DNA of 64,000 bases, from positions 128,001-192,000 of the forward strand of contig CAWCDG010000004.1 in the NCBI GenBank assembly GCA_963794325.1, written 5' to 3'. Of the stretch, positions 37,866 to 46,461 are shown piece after piece; position 1 is the first letter of the stretch; every line of letters starts with the position of its first letter. The notes below the pieces were generated by a model, which did no database searches, had not been told where the DNA came from, and saw only the letters and a list, made by a program, of their open reading frames with translations. The DNA is from an uncultured delta proteobacterium (GTDB lineage: Bacteria > Desulfobacterota > Binatia > Binatales > Binataceae). A program made the translations under genes and the position numbers.

Positions 37866-39138
37866 AGCGGATCACCTCGACTGGCGAGAGCCGCGTCGCC
37901 TGCAAGGCCGGGTAGATCGAGGCCAGCATGCACAGCACTATTGTCGCCACCGCCACCAGCACGAAGTTCCATGGATTCAGCTCGACCGGCACGTTACTCA
38001 CCATGAACATGTCGGCCGGCAGATGAATCAAATGATACTTGCCAATCAGGAACGACGTCACGAACCCGGCTCCATCGCCGATAATTGTGCCAATCACGCC
38101 GACCGCCGCGCCTTGCGCCAGAAATATCAGCGCGATCGATAGCGCCATCGCACCCATCGTGCGCAGGATGGCAATCTCCTTGCGCCGCTCCATCACCTCC
38201 ATCACCAGCGTCGCAATAATGTTGAACGCCGCGACCAGCACGATCAGCAGCAGCACCATGAAGTAGGTGAATTTCTCGAGCTTGAGTGCGGCAAACAGCG
38301 GCGCGTTGGCGGTGGTCCAGTCCTTGACCTCGAACTCAGGCCCCGCCATCGCCGCGATCTGTTCGCGTATTTGCGGCGCGTCGAACATGTTGGCCAGCCG
38401 CAACTCGATCCCGCTCTCGAGCGACGCGTCGTCGGCCAGCAGCGCGCGTCCGTCCTTCAGCGCGACAAACACCAGCGTCGAATCGAAGTCATACATGCCC
38501 GAGTGAAAGAATCCCGTCACCACGAACCGCTTGAGGCGCGGCGGCCCGATTCCCGCGCCCAGGCTCGCCGGCGAAATCAGTATCACAGGATCGCCAGGCC
38601 GCGCGCCCAGCTCCATCGCCAGCTGCTTGCCGATGATCGCGCCGGGCAACTGGACGACTCGCTTGACGCCCTTGTCGACGATCGTGACCGGATGCGTGGT
38701 CTCGAGATCGGCGAGCGTCCCGTTTTCGAGGGTGTCCTTCAATTCCTTGAGCACCGCGTTGTCGTGCGGCTGCACCCCGCGGAGAATTCCGCCCGACACC
38801 AGGCCCGGCGCGCCGGTGTCGGTGCTCGACACCGCCATCACCTGCGACGTCACGTACGGAGCCGACGCGACTACTCCAGGGATGGCCGCAATTTTCTTTT
38901 CGAGATCCGCCGGATTCCACACGCCGCCGTCGGTGCGTTCAATCGTTACCTGTGGCGTAAACGCGAGCAGCCGCCCGCGGAGATCGATCTCGAATCCGCT
39001 CATCACGCATAACGCGACCGACAACGTGAATGTTCCGATGGCTATGCCTGCCAGCGAGATGAACGCGATCAGCGACACGAATCGCTCGCGTCGCCGCGCC
39101 CGCAAATATCGGAGTCCAATCAGGAATTCGTAGCGCAA
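37858..39138 (-). CDS. Lipoprotein-releasing ABC permease LolC/E (single LolF-type)
   Basis: RYLRARRR..F.S.I, VMSGF, VAAFNI, EIAILRTMGA, P.EVIRYE. Confidence 0.92.
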   Translation of the reverse strand: MRYEFLIGLRYLRARRRERFVSLIAFISLAGIAIGTFTLSVALCVMSGFEIDLRGRLLAFTPQVTIERTDGGVWNPADLEKKIAAIPGVVASAPYVTSQVMAVSSTDTGAPGLVSGGILRGVQPHDNAVLKELKDTLENGTLADLETTHPVTIVDKGVKRVVQLPGAIIGKQLAMELGARPGDPVILISPASLGAGIGPPRLKRFVVTGFFHSGMYDFDSTLVFVALKDGRALLADDASLESGIELRLANMFDAPQIREQIAAMAGPEFEVKDWTTANAPLFAALKLEKFTYFMVLLLIVLVAAFNIIATLVMEVMERRKEIAILRTMGAMALSIALIFLAQGAAVGVIGTIIGDGAGFVTSFLIGKYHLIHLPADMFMVSNVPVELNPWNFVLVAVATIVLCMLASIYPALQATRLSPVEVIRYE

Positions 39139-39380
39139 CCCATCACCTTCATCGCTGGCAAATCTCTCTCATAGTCTTCACTTATTTACCGTTTTGGGCC
39201 ACCGCGCACACGCAAACGCGCCGAACCAGGCTTTTTCTTTGTTCGATTGAATCAAATCGGGTCGGTGATCGTCATAGTCGCCGAGCACTATGACATTTGC
39301 AACTATTTCGGGTTGCGCAGCCCGGCGTTCGTGAAATATGCTCACGTCCGCCTTTGACCCGAAATGCGGAGGATGCTCGC

Positions 39381-42110
39381 ATGAGCCGTTTTTTGCTTGT
39401 GGCGTTGAGCGCCGCACTGCTGTTCGCCACCCTTAACCTGCGATCCTTCGCCATCGCCGATCCGGCAGCGCTGCCGCCTCAGAATACCATCACGATGAAT
39501 TTCCAGAACGTGGATATTCCCGTTCTCGCCAAGTTCATCTCCGAGATAACCGGCCGCAACTTCATCATCGACGAATCCGTGCGCGGCAAGGTCACCATCA
39601 TCTCGCCGACCAAGGTCACTCCCGAACAGGCCTACGCGATCTTTCAGTCCGTGCTCCAGGTGAAAGGCTTCACCACGGTTCAGGCCGGCAAGATCATCAA
39701 GATCGAGCCCGCGCGCAACGTGCGCTCGAACGCGGCGCTGACCAATTCGCAAACCCCGGCCGAAACCAGCGGCGACGAATACGTCACCCGGATGGTGCGG
39801 CTTAAGAATATCGACGCTGCTTCAATCATCGGCGTCATCCAGCCGATGATTTCGCACGACGGCCTGGTGGCGGCGTTTCCCAACGACAACACCGTCATCG
39901 TTACCGACGACGCTTACAACGTCGATCGACTGGTCAAGATAATTGGCGCGCTGGACGTGCGTGGCGAACAGGCCTCGATTGTCGTCATTCCACTCAAACT
40001 CGCATTTGCCGGCGAGCTGGCGCCCGAGATCGATCAGCTGATGCAAGCCAAGATGGGGGGAGGCAGCGGCGGCACTAGTAGTCCCCAGATGATACGGCCG
40101 CAGATGGGCGTCGCGACCTCCGCCAGCGGACCTTCGCTGGGCTACAAAGTAATTCCCGACGAGCGCACCAATACGCTGATCGTGATGGCGCCGCCGCTTC
40201 AGATGCGCGAGATCCAGGAAATAGTTCTGAAGCTCGACGTCGTTCCTCCGCTGGCCACCTCGCGAATCCACGTCTATCGCCTCAAGAATGCGCAGGCGCT
40301 CGAGATGGTCCAGGTGCTCAACAATCTGCTTAATGGCGGCAGCGGACCGACCACCCTCTCGCCCACCACCGGCAAAGGTTCGTTAGGACGCTCGAGCTCC
40401 ATCGACGCCGCCAGCGGCTTCGGCAACGGTGGCTTCGGCGGTGGCGGCTTCGGCGGTGGCGGCGGTGGATATGGCGGGATGGCCAGTAGCGCGAGCTTCG
40501 GCGGCTCGAGCGGCGGCGGCGGTTTCGGTGGCGGGAGCGGCGGCGGTGGATTCGGAGGTGGCGGCGGCGGCGGTGGGTTGCGCAGTCGCGGCTCGATGAG
40601 CGGTGCCGGCGGCGGCTCAGCGTCGGCCAGCTCGGCCGGCAAGAGCATCGATTTCTCTTATCCGGTAAATATCACCGCCGACCCGGCTACCAACGCGATG
40701 GTTATCAGCGCGTCGCCGCAGGATTGGCAGACCCTCAAGCAGATTATCGACGACCTCGACACGCCACGCGTCCAGATTTTCGTGCAGGCCGTCATCGTCG
40801 AGGTTTCTGCCGAGCGCCAGCGCGAGCTGGGCGTCAGTTTCTTCTCCAACGGCGTGGGCGGCGGCAGCGTGTTCGGCGCCGGCGCGCTCAATTTCGGACA
40901 GCTCCAGAACGCGCTCGCCGACCCGCTGTCAGTCACCGGTCTCGGCCTCGCTCTCGCGGGCAATACCACATGCAAGATTACCGGCGCGGCGTTGGCTGCC
41001 GCCGGCGGTGTCACCGGCACCGGCACTGGCACCGGTACCACCACCGGCACCATGAAAGTGCCGTGCGACCTCGCGCTCATGACCGCGCTTGAAACCGACA
41101 CTCACGCCAACGTGCTCTCAGCACCGACCCTGCTCACCGCCGACAATGAAGAAGCGATGATCGTCGTTGGGCAGAATCTGCCGTTCGTCGGTTCGGCGTC
41201 GGCCAACGCGGGATTGCCCGGACAAATCTTCAACTCGGTCGATCGTCAGAACGTCGGCATCACGCTCGACATCGTGCCGCAGGTTTCCGAAGGCGACTAC
41301 GTCAAGCTCGACCTGTATGAGGAAGTTTCCAACGTCGTTAACGGAACTCAGAACGCGACCCTCGGCCCGACGACGACTATCCGCTCGGCCTCGACCACCG
41401 TGCTGATCCAGAATCATCGCACCGCGGTAATCGGCGGCCTCCTTGCCAGCCAGGATCAGATCAACAACCAGGGCGTGCCGTTCATCTCCAGCATCCCGGT
41501 GCTCGGCAACCTCTTCAGCAACAAGTCGACCGACAAGCAGAAGGACAACCTGATCGTCTTCCTGACGCCGCATATCGTGCGCAACAAGAGTGAGCTGCGC
41601 GAGCTCGCCCTCGACGAACGTCAGCAGTTCGTCAACTCGCTCGGCCGCAAGGAAATCCACGACATGCCGGCCTCGCAGATTCGCCAGGTTTACAAACCGA
41701 GCTTCTCTATTCCTGTTTCTCCGGCGGCCGACCTGAACGCGCCCTACGGCGGTCCGGCGGCGCCTCCGGGACCTGAAAATCCGGGCGCCGCGTATGAGAC
41801 GACGCCGTCGGGCAGCGCCGAAACTCCGTTTAACACTACCGAGATCGGCCCAACCTCGATGAACTCGACCGCGCCGCCTGCCGCCACGACCACTACGTAC
41901 TCGTCCACGACGACGACTTCAGTCAGCGCTCCACTCCCTGCACCCGCTGGACGATATGCGACAGCCGCCGACGGCGCGACGGTAACGCCGCTTGATTCCG
42001 GCACCGGCAAAGTCGCGGCAGGACCCGCCGACAGCAGCACTCCGTTTGCAGACTCGACCAGCGCGCTCAGCGCATCGAAGACCGGCGTAACCCCAGGCAT
42101 TTCCCCGTAG
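39381..42110 (+). CDS. gspD: Type II secretion secretin with Gly/FG-rich N3 insertion and Pro/Thr-rich tail
   Basis: N0 (MNFQNVDI), N1-N3 repeats, LDTPRVQIFVQAVIVEV, NVLSAP, VGQNLPF, VIGGL, VPFISSIPVLGNLF, LIVFLTPHI. Confidence 0.92.
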   Translation: MSRFLLVALSAALLFATLNLRSFAIADPAALPPQNTITMNFQNVDIPVLAKFISEITGRNFIIDESVRGKVTIISPTKVTPEQAYAIFQSVLQVKGFTTVQAGKIIKIEPARNVRSNAALTNSQTPAETSGDEYVTRMVRLKNIDAASIIGVIQPMISHDGLVAAFPNDNTVIVTDDAYNVDRLVKIIGALDVRGEQASIVVIPLKLAFAGELAPEIDQLMQAKMGGGSGGTSSPQMIRPQMGVATSASGPSLGYKVIPDERTNTLIVMAPPLQMREIQEIVLKLDVVPPLATSRIHVYRLKNAQALEMVQVLNNLLNGGSGPTTLSPTTGKGSLGRSSSIDAASGFGNGGFGGGGFGGGGGGYGGMASSASFGGSSGGGGFGGGSGGGGFGGGGGGGGLRSRGSMSGAGGGSASASSAGKSIDFSYPVNITADPATNAMVISASPQDWQTLKQIIDDLDTPRVQIFVQAVIVEVSAERQRELGVSFFSNGVGGGSVFGAGALNFGQLQNALADPLSVTGLGLALAGNTTCKITGAALAAAGGVTGTGTGTGTTTGTMKVPCDLALMTALETDTHANVLSAPTLLTADNEEAMIVVGQNLPFVGSASANAGLPGQIFNSVDRQNVGITLDIVPQVSEGDYVKLDLYEEVSNVVNGTQNATLGPTTTIRSASTTVLIQNHRTAVIGGLLASQDQINNQGVPFISSIPVLGNLFSNKSTDKQKDNLIVFLTPHIVRNKSELRELALDERQQFVNSLGRKEIHDMPASQIRQVYKPSFSIPVSPAADLNAPYGGPAAPPGPENPGAAYETTPSGSAETPFNTTEIGPTSMNSTAPPAATTTTYSSTTTTSVSAPLPAPAGRYATAADGATVTPLDSGTGKVAAGPADSSTPFADSTSALSASKTGVTPGISP

Positions 42111-42123
42111 TAACTCGCCGCGA

Positions 42124-43056
42124 TCACCAGCCGATGAATGCCGCGATCAGGAATGCGGCGATCATCAACAATCCGAACTCCATGTGGAGCTGGATCGATC
42201 GAAACAATCCGAGGTTGAGCTTCTTCGGATCGTTCTCGCGCGTCATGATTCGAATCTGATCGAGTGCGCGTGGAATCGTGATCAACACTGCGATCGCAAT
42301 CCACGGAATCGCGTGCATCAAAATCCCAAGAATCGTCGTCACGTAAGCCGCTACATCCAGCGCGATCAGTTCGTAGTTCGCGCCAGCGCGTCCGAGAATC
42401 GTCGCGAGCGTCCGCTTGCCATGGCGCGTGTCGCTCTCGATGTCGCGAATATTGTTGGCGTGCAAAATTCCCGCGACCAGGAATCCCAGCGGTACCGATG
42501 CCCACACCGCCGAGGACGAAAAATGCATCGCCATCACGAAGTACGATCCGACGACGATCGCAGGCCCCATGAAAATGAACACGGTCAACTCGCCCAGCGC
42601 CACGTAGGCTAGAGATACGGGGCTCGCCGTGTAGAAGTAGCCGGCCGCGATACTCGGGATTCCGATTGCGAGAATCGGCCAGCCGCAGAGGTAAACGAGC
42701 ACGAGACCAATCAGCGCGCCAATCGCAAACGCAGCGACCCCGCCGCGCCACACTTGATCGGCGCTCAGCAGGCCGCGCTGGATCACCATGCTCGGCCCGA
42801 GCGATTGTTCGCTGTCGGCGCCGCTGCGGAAATCGTAGTAGTCGTTGATCAGATTGGTGCCGGCCTGAATCGCCATCGCGCCGACCAGCGCGAGAATCGT
42901 GCGCCCCAGCGAAAAGAACCCCTCGCGCGCGGCAACCGCAACTCCCAGCAGCACCGGAATCGCAGCCGCACTCAGCGAAGGCGCCCGAATCGCCTGAATC
43001 CAGATTGCCAGATTCCCCGGTCTCTCAGATCCGCCGCGAGCAATCACGTCATCCAT
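42124..43056 (-). CDS. menA: 1,4-dihydroxy-2-naphthoate prenyltransferase
   Basis: R.PSL, NLINDYYDF.SG.D, YT..P, LGE, NNIRDIESD..GKRTLA. Confidence 0.88.
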   Translation of the reverse strand: MDDVIARGGSERPGNLAIWIQAIRAPSLSAAAIPVLLGVAVAAREGFFSLGRTILALVGAMAIQAGTNLINDYYDFRSGADSEQSLGPSMVIQRGLLSADQVWRGGVAAFAIGALIGLVLVYLCGWPILAIGIPSIAAGYFYTASPVSLAYVALGELTVFIFMGPAIVVGSYFVMAMHFSSSAVWASVPLGFLVAGILHANNIRDIESDTRHGKRTLATILGRAGANYELIALDVAAYVTTILGILMHAIPWIAIAVLITIPRALDQIRIMTRENDPKKLNLGLFRSIQLHMEFGLLMIAAFLIAAFIGW

Positions 43057-43111
43057 TTTCTTTTCGACTAAACCCTTCGCGAAAGCCCGTCTTCGGGATT
43101 TCGCGTCTTCC

Positions 43112-43135
43112 ATTGGGTGCAGGGGTCACCCCTGC
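43112..43135 (+). repeat. REP-like palindrome family A, copy 2
   Basis: ATTGGGTGCAGGGGTCACCCCTGC with an adjacent hairpin CGCGAAAGCCCG-TCTT-CGGGATTTCGCG. Confidence 0.8.
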
Positions 43136-43153
43136 CGCCCACCGCGCAGGTGA

Positions 43154-45616
43154 TTAAATCAGCACCTTTGCTTCTTTCAGCCGTGCGATCTCCGCCGCGC
43201 TATATCCGAGCTCGCGCATCACTTCATCCGTATGCTCGCCGATCATCGGCGCGCCGCGATATCCCAGATCGATCGCACTGAACCGCACCGGAAGTCCCGC
43301 GACGACCCGCTCGCCGACTTCACCATGCCTCAAGTTCACGAGCATGCCCGATTCGGAGAACGCAGGATCGTTGATCACTTCCGGAGTGTTATAGACCGGC
43401 CCCGCCGCGAGACCGCGCTCACGAAGTTTCGCCACCAGTGCGTCGCGATGGTGCGCGCGGGTCCGTGCCGCGATTTCGCGCTCGAGTTCCTCGACGTTGT
43501 CGAGGCGTCCGAGCAGTCGCGCGAATTCCGGATTCTTCGCCATCGACGGCAATCCCAACACCGCGCACAACTTCGCGAATTCGTCGTCGCTGGCAATCGC
43601 AATCGCGATCCATTGGTCGTCGCCCGCCGTCGGGAACACCCCATGCGGCGCCATCGACTCGTCGCGATTTCCGATCGCTGCCTGGTCGCGCCCGTTCATC
43701 AGAAAATCCATCATCGCCTCGGGCATCATCGTCGTCACCATCTCGGCCATCGACAGGTCGAGATACTGCCCCTGCCCCGTCCGGTCGCGATGATGCAGCG
43801 CGGCGAGCAGAAAAAATACCATGCCGGTGCCCACCGCAAAGTCCGGCCACGTCCCGCCGATCCCGCACGGAAACGAATCGGGATAACCGGTGATATGACA
43901 CAGTCCGGCAAAGGCTTGCGTCGTCGGTCCGAAGCCCACGGTTTGCGCGAACGGACCGTCCTGTCCGAGCGGCGTGCCGCTCAGCATGATTATGTCGGGT
44001 TTGATTTTGACCAGATCGGCATAGGCCAGATTGTATTTCGCCATGTTGCCGACGGTGTAATTTTCGGTGACGAAATCGCTCCGACCGACAATCCTGCGCG
44101 CGATTTCCTGCGCCTCGGACGTCGCAAGATTCAGCGCGAGACTGCGCCGCGACGTATTGATCGCGTGGAAAACACCGCTGCGGTTGGCGCCGATCGCGCC
44201 GTCCGTGCCGGTCAAAAATCGCACGAGGTCGGGCGCGACCAGACTCTCGATTCTGATTACGTCGGCTCCCAGAGCGCCCAGCCACGCCGTCGCGTGCGGG
44301 ACGGCAAAGATCCAGCCGAAGTCCGCGATGCGAATACCTTCCAGCGGGCACGTTCTCTTCGAGTGATTCGCGCCGTCGGAGCGGTCGCTGCCCGCGACGC
44401 CGCGATTCTTGAAAATCTTTTCATTGTGCTCGCCGAGGCGCGGCGCTCCGCGCACGATTCTCCACGGGGTGCGCGAGAATTTGCATGGCGCCCCGGGCAT
44501 CCGCACTTCGCGCGCCGCGGGATGATCAACATCGACGAAAAATTTGCGCGCCTTGTATTGTTCGTTGTTCGCGACCTCGGCCGGCGAATGCACCGGGAAG
44601 CATGGCACGTGTTCCGCCTGCGCCTTCTCGAATGCCTCAGTTCGCGTAGTCGTAGATAGCCAGTCGATTACTCCGGCCTCGATCGCGTCGATATTCGATG
44701 CGCGCCCCAAGACCGTGTCGAACAACTCGATATCCATCCACTCCGGATTCTCGAGTGCCTTCTTCGCCCCGCGCCAGAAACGATCGGTGCCGGCGTTGAA
44801 GCTCACCCATCCGTCCTTGCACGGATAAACCCACTGGGCGGCCCTTTTCTGACGCGAGTAGAGCCGCTGGAACGAGTCGGAATTTTTATCTTCGTGAAAG
44901 TAAAACCCGAGGTTCGGCCGCACCATGCTGACCATCGAAAGCCACTGCGCGACGTCGACATGCTGTCCCGCGCCATTACTCTTTCGACCATACAGTGCGC
45001 ACATCGCAGCGGCCGCCGCCGTATAGCCAGTCAAATAGTCAGATTGCCGGCCGCCGAGTTTCAGCGGCGGTTGATTTGCAGGATCGGTCACCTGATGCCA
45101 CGGCGTTTCGTAGCCGACCCCGCTCATATGCGTAGCAACCAGGTCGCCGCCGCGAAGATTTTTGTACGCTGATTCGGCGCCGAAAAAAGTTATCGACACG
45201 ACGATCAGTTTTGGAAATTGCGTCGTGAGCGTACGCCAGTCGATCCCGATCTTTTCGTTCACTTCGGGACGATTCGGATTGAAAACGATATCGGCGGACG
45301 CGAGCAGATCGAATATAAGGTCGAGGCCGTGCGGAGATTCCAGGTCGATCGTCACCCCAAGCTTATTGCTATTGAGATAGAGATGAAGTCCGCCGGTTTC
45401 CGGATCGGGCATCTCGTCGCGAAACGGCCCCAGCGCGCGCTCCTGCGATCCGGTTCGCGGCGGCTCGACCTTCACCACCTCGGCGCCGAAATCCGCGAAC
45501 GACTTCGCCGCCATCGACGCCGCCAGGAACGGCATCGTATCGAGGCACGGAAGCTCGACCACCTTCAGGCCTTCGAGCGCGCGCATTGGCTCCTGGTATT
45601 GCTCGAAGCGCGCCAT
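43154..45616 (-). CDS. Family III (CaiB/BaiF) CoA-transferase, tandem two-domain fusion
   Basis: Two units each with L.G..V/I, GA.V..VE, N..K/R, GQ..D...; AP.LGEH twice. Confidence 0.9.
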   Translation of the reverse strand: MARFEQYQEPMRALEGLKVVELPCLDTMPFLAASMAAKSFADFGAEVVKVEPPRTGSQERALGPFRDEMPDPETGGLHLYLNSNKLGVTIDLESPHGLDLIFDLLASADIVFNPNRPEVNEKIGIDWRTLTTQFPKLIVVSITFFGAESAYKNLRGGDLVATHMSGVGYETPWHQVTDPANQPPLKLGGRQSDYLTGYTAAAAAMCALYGRKSNGAGQHVDVAQWLSMVSMVRPNLGFYFHEDKNSDSFQRLYSRQKRAAQWVYPCKDGWVSFNAGTDRFWRGAKKALENPEWMDIELFDTVLGRASNIDAIEAGVIDWLSTTTRTEAFEKAQAEHVPCFPVHSPAEVANNEQYKARKFFVDVDHPAAREVRMPGAPCKFSRTPWRIVRGAPRLGEHNEKIFKNRGVAGSDRSDGANHSKRTCPLEGIRIADFGWIFAVPHATAWLGALGADVIRIESLVAPDLVRFLTGTDGAIGANRSGVFHAINTSRRSLALNLATSEAQEIARRIVGRSDFVTENYTVGNMAKYNLAYADLVKIKPDIIMLSGTPLGQDGPFAQTVGFGPTTQAFAGLCHITGYPDSFPCGIGGTWPDFAVGTGMVFFLLAALHHRDRTGQGQYLDLSMAEMVTTMMPEAMMDFLMNGRDQAAIGNRDESMAPHGVFPTAGDDQWIAIAIASDDEFAKLCAVLGLPSMAKNPEFARLLGRLDNVEELEREIAARTRAHHRDALVAKLRERGLAAGPVYNTPEVINDPAFSESGMLVNLRHGEVGERVVAGLPVRFSAIDLGYRGAPMIGEHTDEVMRELGYSAAEIARLKEAKVLI

Positions 45617-45621
45617 CGCTG

Positions 45622-46332
45622 CTAGACCGTTTCGGTTTTCATATTGTCGATCAGCCCGATCAACTCGGCCATCGAATGAATCACGTAGTCGGGCTTGAAC
45701 GCCTGATGCGTCTGCAAGTATTTGAACGATGCGGCCCCGGTTGCGACCGCGACCGATGCGCCGAAACCCGCTCCCAGAGCCGCCATGATGTCTCGCGGCT
45801 CGTCGCCGACGTACAAGCAGGCGTGCGGCAGCACCGCTGCTTTCAGCGCCGTCTGCTTAAGGCTTTCAGTCTTGTCGAGCGCGCGCAGCGAGGTCGTGGT
45901 CTGCGTGACGACCTGGTCAAGATACGACGCGAGACCCACCATCGCGAGCTTCTCGATCAAGCGTTGCGGATCGCCCGGCCGGCTCGTGATCACGCCGGTC
46001 GCATAGCCGCGACGCTTCAGCTCGGCCAGCGTTTCTGGTACATGCGGCAACACTTCGAGCCTTTCGGTCTTGTCGATCTCGGCTAGAAAATACGCGTACG
46101 CGAGCTTGGCGTACTCGGGCCTCAGATGCTCGGGCACTCCGAGCCAGACGTCGTCGGCGGAAAGCGCCTCGCGAAAACGCGCAGGCGTGAGAGGAGGTTC
46201 GTGGCCGAGCTCGTCGAGCGCGTTTTTCGCGGAGATATACAACGGCCCGTGAATATCGACCAGCGTTCCGTCGAGATCGAAAAAAACTGCTTTGAATTCG
46301 CGCGACGCCAAAAAAATTCTCCGAGGTCCCAA
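45622..46332 (-). CDS. HAD-family hydrolase (Gph-like)
   Basis: FDLDGTLVD, VITS, YVGDEPRD. Confidence 0.88.
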   Translation of the reverse strand: MGPRRIFLASREFKAVFFDLDGTLVDIHGPLYISAKNALDELGHEPPLTPARFREALSADDVWLGVPEHLRPEYAKLAYAYFLAEIDKTERLEVLPHVPETLAELKRRGYATGVITSRPGDPQRLIEKLAMVGLASYLDQVVTQTTTSLRALDKTESLKQTALKAAVLPHACLYVGDEPRDIMAALGAGFGASVAVATGAASFKYLQTHQAFKPDYVIHSMAELIGLIDNMKTETV

Positions 46333-46403
46333 CCGGAGTGTGTTAAGATGCGGCGCGAAGTGTCAAGCGCCGACCAGGGGAAGGGCAAATCACTTTATTG
46401 AAT

Positions 46404-46459
46404 GTGAAACCCTTCGCGGGTTTCACGCTTCCGCGGCAGGGGTGACCCCTGCACCCAGT
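46404..46459 (-). repeat. REP-like family A, copy 3 (two-hairpin form)
   Basis: Minus strand ACTGGGTGCAGGGGTCACCCCTGC..GGAAGC-GTGAAACCC-GCGAA-GGGTTTCAC, just after slt stop. Confidence 0.82.
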
Positions 46460-46461
46460 AA

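Noticed and set aside
40415-40625. GGC-rich tandem repeats as CRISPR or VNTR
   Set aside because: In-frame Gly codons of gspD with varied third positions; no repeat-spacer structure. No CRISPR array, tRNA or rRNA was recognised in the window
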